Counted from the first letter of the stretch, positions 39,106 through 50,514 are shown. The stretch is DNA of 64,000 bases from Calditrichia bacterium (GCA_963777955.1 CAVZSQ010000022.1:96001-160000), one strand, 5' to 3'. Notes: generated by a model from the letters alone, not told the origin. Program-made: numbers and translations.

Positions 39106-39559
39106 TTAAAAAAAGTATCTTACGCCTATCGCACCGTTAACGCTGAAATCTGTTCCCGGTACCAGATCCAGGACCGGCGCAAGTTCCAGAAATATATCTA
39201 CCGGCGCCCGGGCAAACATGTAATCGAGTCCTATCACGCCGCGTACGCCGAGGTGTGATTTGTCGGCAAATAAAACACGACCGCCTATACCATAGTACAG
39301 GGGCAGGTCGCCTTGATCAACCGGTATAAAATTAAATTTATGCCAGAGATAATCGCTATGAATATACAGGGCACCCCCTTCACCAAAACCCCAGGCAATG
39401 CCGCCGTCCCAGGCATTTGTTTTCGATAACCAGGATTTTAAACTGATCCCGGTAGGTTCGCCCAGCATAATACCTAGATCCAAAACCACCGGCCGGTCCC
39501 GAAATATTTGCGGCAAAAAGAATACAGGGGATACAACACAGCAAAATTATTTTTTTCAT
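39106..39559 (-). CDS. Small outer-membrane beta-barrel protein (DUF3996-like; frameshift ~39478)
   Basis: MKKIILLCCIPCILFA...GGFG joined to LGIMLGEPTGISLK..YYGIGGR..DIFLELAP..GAIGVRYFF (terminal Phe). Confidence 0.65.
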
Positions 39560-39572
39560 CTCATGCTCCAGG

Positions 39573-40520
39573 TTAATTTGGAATTTGGTGTTTGGAATGC
39601 CTCGACTCCGCTCGGCACAAGTTTGGAATTTCCTCCGGCGGATAGTCGCTTCTCTTTCTTTTCCAGCGTTTATGCGTCCATAACCAGTATTCCGGTTTTT
39701 CGATAATCTGTTTTTCCAGCAGGCGGGTATGCCCTTCGGTAATCGAGCCGTAGGCAGCTGCAGTTGGATTCTCTTCCAGAATCTCAAAAGCAACTTTAAA
39801 ATAACCGCGTTGTACTCTGATTACCCGGGCAAAAATAACCGGATAATTATATTCCCGGGCATATTTTTCCGAGCCATACATAACAGCCGTATCCTGGTTA
39901 AGGAAGTTCGTCCAGTAGACTCTCTTGCTGGCCAGGGAAGGGGATTGATCGGTACCAAATACTACGGCTTTAACTTGATCCTGCTGGCTGGCAAAATATT
40001 CTTTCACGTTTGCTTTAGGCAGGAGTACCACCTGAAAGCGGTTTCGGGAGGCGGAAAACTTTTTTTCAAAATAGGGATTACTGAGCGGGGTATAAATACC
40101 CACGGCCTGATGTTTCATCAGCAGATCACAGCTATGGGCAAACATTTCCCAATTATCATAGTGTCCGGCCACGATAATAACACTGCGGCGCTGATCATAA
40201 AAACTGTCCAGCAATTCGGGATTGGCGACTTTGCACCTGGCCAGTAATTCATTCTTGGGCATGCTGAATAACCTTACGCTTTCGACAATCAGATCACAGA
40301 GATGATGGTAAAATTTCCTGGCGATGGTTTTGATTTCCTGTTTGCTCTTATCAGGAAATGAACGGGTCAGATTGACAAGTACAACTTTTCTGCGGTAGCC
40401 GATCAGGTAATAGATGATATAGTATGACAGATCGGAGCAAAGGTATAATACCCGCAGCGGTAAAAGCGAGAGCGGTTTAATTATCAAATAATAAATAATC
40501 CAGCTGGCAATAGTTATCAT
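39573..40520 (-). CDS. LpxL/HtrB-family lipid A (lysophospholipid) acyltransferase
   Basis: YRRKVVLVNLTRSFPDKS, GHYDNWE, DQSP, FLNQDT, PEYWLWTHKRWK. Confidence 0.88.
   Translation of the reverse strand: MITIASWIIYYLIIKPLSLLPLRVLYLCSDLSYYIIYYLIGYRRKVVLVNLTRSFPDKSKQEIKTIARKFYHHLCDLIVESVRLFSMPKNELLARCKVANPELLDSFYDQRRSVIIVAGHYDNWEMFAHSCDLLMKHQAVGIYTPLSNPYFEKKFSASRNRFQVVLLPKANVKEYFASQQDQVKAVVFGTDQSPSLASKRVYWTNFLNQDTAVMYGSEKYAREYNYPVIFARVIRVQRGYFKVAFEILEENPTAAAYGSITEGHTRLLEKQIIEKPEYWLWTHKRWKRKRSDYPPEEIPNLCRAESRHSKHQIPN
39576..39631. repeat. Heptamer array (TTTGGAA/TTTGGTG) interrupted by a mini-REP
   Basis: atttggaatttggtgtttggaa-[TGCC-TCGACTCCGCTC-GGCA]-caagtttggaattt; overlaps the last codons of the acyltransferase. 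Confidence 0.75.
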
Positions 40521-40561
40521 ATGATTTGTTGTAATGTTTCCCCGGTAGCAGATTACATTAT

Positions 40562-40644
40562 AATATACAAAATACCAAATTCCAAGCACCAAATTCCAAA
40601 CGAATGATTAGATTCTGGTATTTGGAATTTTTCTTTTTGAATTT
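40562..40644. repeat. Inverted heptamer arrays (CAAATTC units)
   Basis: aatatac aaaatac caaattc caagcac caaattc caaac ... tggtatttggaatttttctttttgaattt. Confidence 0.7.
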
Positions 40645-41066
40645 ATTTTTATGTATAGTAAATGAAGGTCTTTATTTCTTTTGCAGAGTATCGACTTTAT
40701 ATGAATCCATTGCTAATGGACAGGCGACGTCGAGAGCATAACCATAATTGTTGAAATATTCCAATGCCAGCAGGAACTGCACGGTGGTCACCGTCTGCTG
40801 ATTCTTTTCAAACCAATCCCATACCCGGATTCTCTGTTCGATGTTTTTGATAATTACATGCATATAGTTTCTTCTCTGCAATTATTCAATAATCTTATCA
40901 TTATTCGGTCAATAGTCCGCGAGTCTTTAGATGACCTGAAGAAGATGATTAGAATCTAACCATATTTTATCACAGGTATATCTTAAATATAAATAATGTG
41001 TTATAGGCTGAAGTATTACTCAGGTTAGCATCGCAAATAAAGAATTTTCCGGATCGGATTTCCCGG

Positions 41067-41849
41067 TTATTCGCTTTTTGCCGGTTTTCTGCCGGCCGGG
41101 ATGCGTGATTTTGGAAGAATAACTTCATGGGGTGCAATGACTGCTCCGGCGCCGATTTCCACATCAGCCATAATTGTAGCTTTCAAACCCATGGTAACCC
41201 CTTTACAGATTTTCACACGTTCGACGACCAGGTAGCCCTTCGAGGCGTAATGCGCTATGATATGCACCGATCCGCCGATGATCACCTTGTCTTCGAGTTC
41301 AATCAAAGCAGGATCGGATATATTGGTAGAATTAATATGTACGCCTTTGCCGATCTTCATACCCATCATCCGGAAATACAGTACATTTAACGGGCTGGGA
41401 GTAATGAATTCCAGGAAGGTATAACGAACTACGTAATGCAGAGCGTTATGAAAGTACCAGGGAATACTGGCCAGCGAGTAAAATCCGCCCCGGAATGGTT
41501 TAAGCCTGAATGGTAATAAAAAGTTGAGCAGCGGTACTACGAATATCAGGGTAAGGCCATAAATAAAATAACCGGTTACTATACCAAAAGCACAGGCAGC
41601 AAAATACAGAATCCGCGGAAAATCAGCAGCGCCAGCGGAAAGAAAATTATAAAATGCGACAGCCGGAGTGGCAGCAATACTCATGGCCAGTATACAAAGC
41701 AAATACAGCGGTATTAAGGCGATGATATAACTCACCAGGCGGAAGCGGCGCAAGGCGGATTCTAAAATACCGGCCAGACCACCTCGCTCTGAAGTCGAGG
41801 CATCCACGTCCTCTACTTTTTTTATATCAGAATCTTGCTTAGAAGTCAT
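41067..41849 (-). CDS. Membrane-anchored hexapeptide-repeat (LbH) acyltransferase-like protein
   Basis: N-terminal TM helices, then RMMGMKIGKGVHINS..ISDP.LIELEDKVIIGG..VKICKGVTMG..VEIGAGAVI. Confidence 0.75.
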   Translation of the reverse strand: MTSKQDSDIKKVEDVDASTSERGGLAGILESALRRFRLVSYIIALIPLYLLCILAMSIAATPAVAFYNFLSAGAADFPRILYFAACAFGIVTGYFIYGLTLIFVVPLLNFLLPFRLKPFRGGFYSLASIPWYFHNALHYVVRYTFLEFITPSPLNVLYFRMMGMKIGKGVHINSTNISDPALIELEDKVIIGGSVHIIAHYASKGYLVVERVKICKGVTMGLKATIMADVEIGAGAVIAPHEVILPKSRIPAGRKPAKSE

Positions 41850-42055
41850 ATTGTTATTCACTTTCTTAAATCGTTTATTTTTATAGACTTATATTATCAG
41901 GATTATTCTTACTCTTCGTATTAATTTGATTTTATTTATCTATCAACTTTCCAGATTAATGAATTTAGATCAACAGGAAATTATTGATTATTTGAATCCT
42001 TTACAATTAAGAAAAGTATTATTTATGGCGATCCGGTCTCAAATCAATAAAAGAT

Positions 42056-42207
42056 TTCTGTGACAACCTCGATGGTAAAGATGTCTTAAAATAAAATGGT
42101 AAATACAATATCAATAATCAGGTGAAAATTCTGAACTTCTGTGACAACCTCATGGAAAGATGCTTAAAATAAATGGTAAAACAATATCAATAATCATGAA
42201 AATTCTG
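42056..42207. repeat. Tandem duplication (78 nt + 71 nt) differing only by 7 missing bases; probably an assembly artefact
   Basis: Copy 1 is 42056-42133 and copy 2 is 42137-42207; no substitutions, only indels. Confidence 0.8.
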
Positions 42208-42314
42208 CCTGAAACTGACGTCTAAGTTCTATCATCACTAAAATAAGGAATGTTTTTAGGGTTAGTTTTTGTTATGTATATTAGAGATAAGGCGGAGATA
42301 GAGGACAATTGACC

Positions 42315-43706
42315 ATGAGTATACTCTGTAAAATAATCGACGTATCTTTATATATTAAAAGATGTGTATTGGCCATACTACCCGCCCGGAAATTATGGCC
42401 CGGATTGTTATTTGTGACGGTCTTATTTTGCAGTAATTATTCATGGGCCCAGAATATCCGGCAATTGACCCTGCAACAGGCTGTACAATTAGCCCTGCGG
42501 GAAAATATCAATCTGCAGCAGGCACAAAACCAGTACCAGCGCAGTACCATTGATTGGCGGCAGGCACGCTCTAATCTGTTCCCTGATCTGTCGGCCAGTG
42601 CCTCATTGAGCCGCGACTATCCGGCCAAGGGCAGCAATAGCCAGAGTTTCAGTGCCGCTGTCAGCAGCAGTCTGAATCTTTTTAATGGTTTTGGCGATAT
42701 GGCCGGCATTCATTCGGCCAGATACAATATGCTGGCTGACCAGTCCAGTCTGGCCAGGCAGAGCGAGGCTATATCTTTCGAGATCGCCAGCCGTTATCTG
42801 CAGACGGTTCTGGATAGTGCTTTCATTGCTATCGAACAGGAAAATCTCAGATCGCAGCAACTGCAATTACAGCGGATCCAGGAATTTCAAAAAGCCGGAA
42901 ACCGTTCGATAGCCGATGTATACCAGCAAATGGCGGATATTAAACAGAGCGAATTACAGGTTTTGCAGGCATTGAATAATTATGACATAAGTTGTCTGCA
43001 GGTACTGCAAACCCTGGGCCAGCCAGCCGAAAACGAGATCAGCTTCATTGCTCCGCCGGTAAGCCGATTAGCCGCTGCCCTGCCGCAGCATCTTGATTCC
43101 ATAACCATCCAACTGGCTGTGGCAAAGCGTAATGATGCGCAGGCGCAACGCCAGCAGATTTCAGCAGCTCTTGAACAGATTCGCAGCGCACAGGCTGATT
43201 ACTGGCCTTCGTTACAACTATCAGCCAGCGGACGATCAAGTTACAGCGACCGCCTGGACACTCCGGGATTTAATGGCCAGTTTTTTGACGACAATCCCAG
43301 CGCCAGCGTCGGTTTAAACATGAGTGTTCCTTTATTCGACCGGTTGCTGACCAGTCATAGCGTTCAGCGTGCCAGGATCAATTATGCGGATCAGAATTTA
43401 AGCCTGAAGAACCTGGAATTACAAATCGGCTCGGAATTGCGCCAGGCCCTGTTAAATTATACCACGGCGGTTAAACAGCGTGAAGTGGCTCAGGCCCTGT
43501 TTCAGTACAGCAATGAAGCCTTAAAAGTTTCGGAAGAGCGCTACCGGGTCGGAGCGGTTACCTTTGTGGAGTTAAGCCAGGTACGGGCGACTTTTGTCGA
43601 TGCCTCCTACCAGCAGGTCAGCGCGGATTATAATCTATTATTGCAATATATTACGGTTTTTTATTATGCCGGGAATATCAATCAGGCCCTGGCCGTGATT
43701 TATTAG
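42315..43706 (+). CDS. TolC-family outer-membrane efflux protein
   Basis: LTLQQAVQLALREN, LFPDLS, LNLFNGF, YWPSL, LNMSVPLFD, ERYRVGA; start uncertain. Confidence 0.88.
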   Translation: MSILCKIIDVSLYIKRCVLAILPARKLWPGLLFVTVLFCSNYSWAQNIRQLTLQQAVQLALRENINLQQAQNQYQRSTIDWRQARSNLFPDLSASASLSRDYPAKGSNSQSFSAAVSSSLNLFNGFGDMAGIHSARYNMLADQSSLARQSEAISFEIASRYLQTVLDSAFIAIEQENLRSQQLQLQRIQEFQKAGNRSIADVYQQMADIKQSELQVLQALNNYDISCLQVLQTLGQPAENEISFIAPPVSRLAAALPQHLDSITIQLAVAKRNDAQAQRQQISAALEQIRSAQADYWPSLQLSASGRSSYSDRLDTPGFNGQFFDDNPSASVGLNMSVPLFDRLLTSHSVQRARINYADQNLSLKNLELQIGSELRQALLNYTTAVKQREVAQALFQYSNEALKVSEERYRVGAVTFVELSQVRATFVDASYQQVSADYNLLLQYITVFYYAGNINQALAVIY

Positions 43707-43729
43707 TGCAGAGCAGGAAGGATAGTGTA

Positions 43730-45007
43730 ATGAAAAAGAAAGTGATTGTCGCTGCCGTCATTTTACTGGGATTGGTACTACTGATTTACGGTATCTATAA
43801 TTTCAGTGGTGGAAATAGTAATAATAAGTTTCAACTGGCTGATATCAGCCGCGGGGATCTGGTTACTACCATTTCCAGCAGCGGAACCCTGAGTCCGGTT
43901 ACCACCGTGGATGTGGGTACCCAGGTCTCGGGAACCCTGGCCCGGATTTTTGTGGACTTCAACGATGTGGTCAAAAAAGGGCAGTTGCTGGCGGTGCTGG
44001 ATACGGTGATGCTCAAGGCCTCGCTGGTAGATGCCGATGCGGGCGTGCAGCGTTCGGAAGCCTTGCTGGAACAAGCGCAACTGGATTATAACCGCAACAA
44101 GCCGCTCTATGAAAAAAACCTGATTTCAGAGGCCGAGTTTTTACCTTACCAGATAAATTTAAAAACACAGAGGGCAAATGTAAAATCAGCTCAGGCATCT
44201 TACCAGCGCGCCGAACGGAATCTGAAATATGCCGTAATCTGCTCACCTATTGCCGGAACAGTAATCCAGCGCAATGTTGAAGAAGGTCAGACGGTAGCGG
44301 CAAGTTTTTCCACGCCGACTCTGTTTAAAATCGCCGAAGATCTGTCCCAGATGGAAATCCTGGCTGATGTGGATGAAAGCGATATCGGCTTAATCAAGGA
44401 GGGCCAGCCGGTGCGTTTTGATGTACAGGCCTACCCTGACAAAAAGTTTGAAGGCACAGTCAACCAAAAGCGTCTGCAGCCGACGGTTGTTTCCAACGTG
44501 GTTACATATACCGTGGTGGTCAGTGCCATTAATAAAGATTATCTGCTGCTGCCGGGTATGACCGCAACCGTGGATTTTATAATCGATGAAAAGAAAGATG
44601 CACTGCTGGTACCCAATACCGCCTTACGCTTCCAGGCCCCGGAAGATATGTTGCAGAAAGCCAGGGCCGAAGCGGAAAAATTTTTTGCAGCACTGCCCGA
44701 TTCGGTCAAAGCGAAACGAGCCGGCGGCGGAATGGGGGCAGGACCGGGAGCACAGGGCCAGGGCGGTACGGAACGGCCGCAAATGGCCGGAAATTTTAAA
44801 ATGATCTGGTACATCGATGAGAATGGCAAACCGGTCGCAGACCGCGTGGTGCTGGGACAGACAGACGGTACCAATACCGAAATTGTGCGCAGCCGGAAAT
44901 TACAGGCCGGGATGAAAGTCATCATAGCCCTGGCCGGTGAAGAACAAAACCGGAAAACCACAACCACCTCCGGGCCGATGGGACCAATGGGCAGGCCGCC
45001 TTTTTAA
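43730..45007 (+). CDS. MacA-like periplasmic adaptor (membrane fusion protein)
   Basis: SGTLSPVTTVDVGTQVSG, VDFNDVVKKGQLLA, SPIAGTVIQRNVEEGQTVAASFSTPTLF, VDESDIG, LLPGMTA. Confidence 0.92.
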   Translation: MKKKVIVAAVILLGLVLLIYGIYNFSGGNSNNKFQLADISRGDLVTTISSSGTLSPVTTVDVGTQVSGTLARIFVDFNDVVKKGQLLAVLDTVMLKASLVDADAGVQRSEALLEQAQLDYNRNKPLYEKNLISEAEFLPYQINLKTQRANVKSAQASYQRAERNLKYAVICSPIAGTVIQRNVEEGQTVAASFSTPTLFKIAEDLSQMEILADVDESDIGLIKEGQPVRFDVQAYPDKKFEGTVNQKRLQPTVVSNVVTYTVVVSAINKDYLLLPGMTATVDFIIDEKKDALLVPNTALRFQAPEDMLQKARAEAEKFFAALPDSVKAKRAGGGMGAGPGAQGQGGTERPQMAGNFKMIWYIDENGKPVADRVVLGQTDGTNTEIVRSRKLQAGMKVIIALAGEEQNRKTTTTSGPMGPMGRPPF

Positions 45008-45055
45008 ACCAGCTGCTATAATTTTATCTCTGAAAGTAGTTTGAGGAAAATCATA

Positions 45056-45817
45056 ATGGATTATGTGATCGAAACCAGGAAACTTACCAAAACATTTACA
45101 ATCGGGGAGGTCTCCGTACATGCCCTGCGCGGAATCGATCTGAAAATCGCCAAAGGTGAATTCGTGGCGATAATGGGAGCTTCCGGCTCCGGAAAGTCTA
45201 CCCTGATGAATCTTCTGGGCTGCCTGGATACTCCCAGCAGCGGAGATTATTTTTTGGATGGGCGCCATATCAACGAGATGAGCCGCGACGAATATGCCGA
45301 CATTCGCAATCAAAAGATCGGATTTGTTTTCCAGGGTTTTAATCTTTTGTCACGCACCAATGCCCTGGAAAATGTGGAATTGCCGTTATTATACGACCGT
45401 CAGTTGCGAATAAAAGATCCAAAACAGGCGGCGCTGGCCGCGCTGGAGCGGGTGAACCTGCTGGATCGCAAAAGTCATGAACCGAATCAACTCTCCGGCG
45501 GACAGCAGCAGCGGGTGGCCATTGCCCGGGCCCTGGTCAATCAGCCGGCCATTATCCTGGCTGATGAACCAACCGGCAATCTGGACTCGCACACTTCGGT
45601 CGATGTTATGGCAGTATTCCAGGAATTGAATGAACAGGGTATTACAATTATTCTGGTAACCCACGAACGGGACATTGCCCAGTATACCCGGCGCATTGTC
45701 GAAATGCGCGATGGACTGATCCTGCATGATCATCCCGTGGAAAATCGCCATGATGCCAGGACCGATTTACTGGCTTTGCAGGATGAATTGATTACTGATC
45801 CAGCCGCGGTTAAGTAA
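45056..45817 (+). CDS. MacB/LolD-type ABC ATP-binding protein
   Basis: [50 protein letters not shown]. Confidence 0.95.
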   Translation: MDYVIETRKLTKTFTIGEVSVHALRGIDLKIAKGEFVAIMGASGSGKSTLMNLLGCLDTPSSGDYFLDGRHINEMSRDEYADIRNQKIGFVFQGFNLLSRTNALENVELPLLYDRQLRIKDPKQAALAALERVNLLDRKSHEPNQLSGGQQQRVAIARALVNQPAIILADEPTGNLDSHTSVDVMAVFQELNEQGITIILVTHERDIAQYTRRIVEMRDGLILHDHPVENRHDARTDLLALQDELITDPAAVK

Positions 45818-45844
45818 CCATTTGGATTGAGGAGTTGTGCAGTT

Positions 45845-47071
45845 ATGTTACGGTTATATTTCATCATTAAGGCAGCATATAAAAGTTTGTTGAAAAACCG
45901 CACCCGCAGTTTACTCACCTCGCTGGGTATTATCATCGGCGTCAGTGCGGTAATTGTAATGGTGGCGATCGGGGCAGGATCACAGGAAATGATTGCCCGC
46001 AGTATTGATTCACTGGGCAGCAACCTGATTATCGTTTATCCCGGTGTCAGCCGCAGCGGGGGTGTCAGCCGCGGATCCGGAAGTGTTAATCGTATTACAC
46101 TGGAAAATGTGGAGAAACTAAAAAAAGAGGCAACACTGATAGACAAAATTTCCCCGATTGTGCGCAGCGGCGGCCAGATCATCGGCGGGCAGGGAAACTG
46201 GTTTACCTCGGTTTTTGGTGTTTCAACCGATTATTTCGATATACGCTCGATGCAGGTTGAATCAGGCGAATTTTTCAGCGAACGAGATATCCGGGCCCGT
46301 AAAAAAGTGGCAATTCTGGGTAAAACAGTTGCTGATAATCTCTTTCCCAACCAGGATCCCAGTGGTGCAAAAATCCGTATCCGTAACGTGCCTTTTACGG
46401 TGATCGGTGTGTTAAAAGCCAAAGGCCAGAGCGCCATGGGTTCGGATCAGGATGACCTGATCCTGGCGCCCTATACCACTGTCTTATACCGGCTGCGCGG
46501 GCATTGGGGCATGCATGTCGATATGATCAACATCAGCGCCGTAAATAAAGAGCAGATTAAACCAGCCGAACAGGAAATCCGCGGTATTATGCGTGCGGCA
46601 CACCGCCTGGAAGTGGGCCAGGATGATGATTTTACTATTCGTGACCAGGAGGAAATAACCGAAACGGCATCGCAAACCTCGCGGGTGATGACCCTGCTGC
46701 TGGGCTCCATCGCAGCCGTGTCCCTGATTGTCGGCGGGATCGGGATCATGAACATCATGCTGGTATCGGTCACGGAACGGACGCGCGAGATAGGTATCCG
46801 TATGTCGGTGGGAGCACGCAGCGGCGATATCCTGTCCCAGTTTCTGACCGAAGCCACCGTGCTCAGCCTGGCCGGCGGCATTATCGGGATATTATTATCG
46901 TTCGGGATTTCATACATTTTGAATCATTTTACGGAAATTGATGCGTTGATCCAGTTGCCGGTGGTGATTATGGCTGTGCTGTTTTCCGGTATAGTGGGAA
47001 TTTTCTTCGGCTTCTATCCGGCCAGAAAAGCCGCTGCGCTCAATCCGATCGATGCCCTGCGTTATGAATAA
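45845..47071 (+). CDS. MacB/FtsX-type ABC permease
   Basis: RSLLTSLGIIIGVSAVI, SLIVGGIGIMNIMLVSVTERTREIGIR, QFLTEA, FGFYPARKAAALNPIDALRYE. Confidence 0.95.
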   Translation: MLRLYFIIKAAYKSLLKNRTRSLLTSLGIIIGVSAVIVMVAIGAGSQEMIARSIDSLGSNLIIVYPGVSRSGGVSRGSGSVNRITLENVEKLKKEATLIDKISPIVRSGGQIIGGQGNWFTSVFGVSTDYFDIRSMQVESGEFFSERDIRARKKVAILGKTVADNLFPNQDPSGAKIRIRNVPFTVIGVLKAKGQSAMGSDQDDLILAPYTTVLYRLRGHWGMHVDMINISAVNKEQIKPAEQEIRGIMRAAHRLEVGQDDDFTIRDQEEITETASQTSRVMTLLLGSIAAVSLIVGGIGIMNIMLVSVTERTREIGIRMSVGARSGDILSQFLTEATVLSLAGGIIGILLSFGISYILNHFTEIDALIQLPVVIMAVLFSGIVGIFFGFYPARKAAALNPIDALRYE

Positions 47072-47120
47072 AGCAAAAAAGCAGGGCTACCCGTTGTTTA
47101 ACTGATTTCCGGCAGCATGC

Positions 47121-49365
47121 CTACAGATTGAACAGGTAAGTAAATTTAATAAGTAAAGTCCGGTTTTCACTCCGGGTTTGTATGCCTGATAAATCCAATA
47201 ACTCGTTATAAACAATAAACAGATCGCTGCCCGGTCTGTGAATAAAGTTAATCAGCAGATTGCTGCTGATCTCCCGGCTGTCGCTGTTCCACTGAATAAA
47301 TGGTTTGACGAACAGGCGCGGATTGAAAGAATAAACCAGGCGCAGTCCGAGAATTGAGGTATTAAAATCACCAGACACAAGATGGGCGTTGTTATAGTCC
47401 AGCATCAAATTTGTTGTAAGATGAGCCCCGATCTTAAGATTTAATTTCAGCCCGTAACTGGTTAAGTTTCCATTATAAAATCCACCGCTGCGCCAGCTGA
47501 ATAATGCAGAAAGAAAGCGGCTTTTATCTGTCTGGAATTCGGCATAAATATTTTCAAAGCGGTAAACATCCACGGGTATGATTACATCATCAAAAATCTC
47601 GAATTCTTCGGTTAATCTTTCGTAATTCAGCAAATATAAAAATAACAGATACGATCCATTGTTGAACAGGGCCCAAAAACCGGGATAATTCAGACGGGTT
47701 TGTAACTGGCCATTCTGACTGCTCAGATAATTGAAATCGTTAAAGAAATAGATCTGACGGATGCTCAGTATTCCGGGGCGTGGTGAATAGGAGGCATATA
47801 AATCGGTTCGGCGGATATCAGTACGCGGGAAAAATCCCATTTCGGCATTGAAATTTTCCTGGATACTGCTCTGGGCCGCGAGAAAAATCCAGCTGTCATC
47901 CAAATAGAAAAAGTCCAGATAACCGGCGTAATCCTGCCCGTACTGATTGGCAGTGAATGAGCGGGCCAGGTAACCGCTCAACTGAATATTTTGAGACAGC
48001 ATTAAATTCAGATCCACTGCTATATTGCGGTTAAAGGACGAATCTTCGAGTGATTGTTTATTAAGGCCGATTACGCCAAGGGCCGAGTTGTTGAAAATGG
48101 TTTTTTTAACTCTGAACACGGAAAAATTGGTACGACCGATGGAAACCGCTTGCTCATCATCGTTTACATAATCGATTCCTTCAGCCAGTATATTCAAGAG
48201 GCCAATATCGAATCCTGCTGTTTTTCCGGTCAGTTTCAATCCACCGATCAGCGGCATTGGCTCATTATCTTCGGATAGACCCAGGCGGCGGCTGAAGAAG
48301 AGCATGCTGGGCATGAAGTAGGGATTAAACATTCTTTCACTGCAATTAAAGGTACTTGCTCCTTCCAGAAAAAATTCACGTTTTTCCGGAAAAAACAACT
48401 CGAAACGGGTCAGATTAACCTGTTCCTGATCGGCTTCCACCTGGGCAAAATCCGTATTCCAGGTTAACGCTGCCGTCAAGTTCGGGGTGATTAAATATCT
48501 GGCGTCAAGGCCCAAATTCAGTTTTTCTTCATAATGCTCGCTTTGGTTATAATCACGCTGTACACCGGTCAAAGTAAATGGTTTAATTTCCCAGCGGGTA
48601 GGACTTTGGACGTTTTGAATCCCGCTAAGATGGCCGAAGGTAGAGAGATGGTATTTTCCCCAGAAACCGTACTCTCTCAATATAGGCGACCAGAATGCTT
48701 CCTCGCGTTTACGGGGAATAATACGGGCGATGTTAAGTCCCCAGGTCATCTGTTCGGCGGTTTTAAAGCGCAGTGTTTTGAAAGGAATAGCAATTTCAGC
48801 ATGCCAGCCGGTACTATCGATGCTGGAAGCATTTGTCCAGACACCATTCCAATCCCAGTTCTGGACTTCATCTATCAGATTGGCCAGGATGATTCCATCC
48901 CGTTGAGCGCCCAGGGCATTGGTGGAAAAATAGAAGGCCGATTGATGGTCGTGGTAAGTATCCAGGTAAATCTCCAGACAATCATTATCCAGCAGATTCT
49001 GATCCCGGCGCATTTCATTGGCGACTATTTCAGCCGGTTGCACATCGTGACAGTGAATGCCAAAGTACAGGTTATCTTCATCGTAATAAATTAATATCTC
49101 GGTTTTTTCAGAAACCGGCAATCCAGCATTGGGTTCACGCTGGATCAAGCGATCAAGCAAAGTGGCCTGTCGCCAATGAGCTTCATCCAGCCGGCCATCA
49201 ATATGCAGGAGTCTGATTGAGTTTGATTATATGTATAGTTTGGGTGGTATCCGAACTGTGTGCCGCCGGATGTTGTCCCGATCCGGTTTTAAACCCAAGT
49301 AATAACCATAGCAACACAATAGAATATAAGTGCACTCCTCTGAAGAATAATATCGCTCTTACCAT
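47121..49365 (-). CDS. CBM9-like domain + DUF5916-type outer-membrane beta-barrel protein (frameshift ~49208)
   Basis: The signal-peptide frame from ATG 49365 joins HIDGRLDEAHW..QREP..YDEDNLYFG..GWHAEIAIPFKTLRF; NTDFAQVEAD..NLTRFELFFPEKREFFLEG, FFSRRLG, C-terminal KFTYLFNL. Confidence 0.8.
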
Positions 49366-49602
49366 AAGGCAAGCATTATGATGAAAGTAAACTGATTTAA
49401 AGATATACTAATTTTACAGGCAATTTAGCGAATTATCGATGGATTTGGAATAGAAAATGCGTTGGTATTTGTAGTGCTTGCCGGCAATGGTGTGACACCA
49501 GGCATTCAGATTTTTATAAAAACTAGTTTTATCTAGTCCCTGAATACTATAAATTCTCACAAAATACAGAACTTTATACCGGTTAAATGATACGTATGGC
49601 GA

Positions 49603-50514
49603 ATGAATAAATTTGATCTGTGCCTGGCCTGGAATTGGGAATATGATGCAGATTTTATAAAAGTGATGCTGGAAACCTGCCGGAGCCGCCAATTATCACT
49701 GCTGCAGGTGCTGCCCGAAAACCTTAATGATACACTAACAGCTCTGACTAATCAGCAAATTGTTTTCTCGTCTTTTTTAGACCGTGCTTCGGAAGCGGAT
49801 GTCCGTTTCAGGCCGCTGGTCAGCTGGGCTTATGAGCATAATCGCTATTGTCTCAATCGTCATGAGCATGCTGCCCGCAGTTGTGACAAAGCCACCATGC
49901 ATTATACGCTGATAAATGCCGGGATTTATACTCCCTATACGATCATCCTGCCATCTTATGAAGAACAGCCTGTCCTCACTTCGCTTGATCTGGATCCGCT
50001 GGGGAAAAAGTTCATTATTAAACCGGCCCATGGCGGCGGCGGCGAGGGGGTAATTACCGAGGCTATCTCACTGGCACAGGTTCTGGCAGCCCGGCGGGAG
50101 CATGCCCAGGACCGCTACCTGCTGCAGGCATTGATTGTACCCAAAGCAATCGATTCACGCCTGGCCTGGTTTCGGGTGCTGTATTGCGGGGGAGGAATCT
50201 ATCCTTGCTGGTGGAATACCCGGACCAAAATATATATTCCGCTGATCCCGGCCGAAGAAGAGCAATATAACCTGGGTTCTTTAAAAGAGATTACAACTTC
50301 TATCGCGCAACTGAGCGGGCTGGACCTGTTCTCGACCGAAATTGCTTTAACAGCCGAAGGTCATTATGTGGTAGTGGATTATGTCAATGATCAGCCTGAT
50401 TTACGATTGCAGTCCAGAGCAATTGATGGCGTTCCGGACCGAATCGTACAGGATATTGCGGCACGGATTACCGAATTAGTGTCCAGTCATTTCCCCCCGG
50501 CCGGACAGAACTAA
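49603..50514 (+). CDS. ATP-grasp-fold hypothetical protein
   Basis: DKATMH, PYTIILP, FIIKPAHGGGGEGV, YLLQ, WFRV, FSTEIA..VVDYVND follow the ATP-grasp motif order. Confidence 0.6.
   Translation: MNKFDLCLAWNWEYDADFIKVMLETCRSRQLSLLQVLPENLNDTLTALTNQQIVFSSFLDRASEADVRFRPLVSWAYEHNRYCLNRHEHAARSCDKATMHYTLINAGIYTPYTIILPSYEEQPVLTSLDLDPLGKKFIIKPAHGGGGEGVITEAISLAQVLAARREHAQDRYLLQALIVPKAIDSRLAWFRVLYCGGGIYPCWWNTRTKIYIPLIPAEEEQYNLGSLKEITTSIAQLSGLDLFSTEIALTAEGHYVVVDYVNDQPDLRLQSRAIDGVPDRIVQDIAARITELVSSHFPPAGQN

Noticed and set aside
40672..40881. 69-aa minus-strand ORF
   Set aside because: No RBS or motif recognised; could be a gene remnant but cannot be supported.
42315..47071. Macrolide-resistance call for the MacAB-TolC-like operon
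   Set aside because: Family membership is clear but the substrate cannot be inferred from sequence; the architecture is ordinary.
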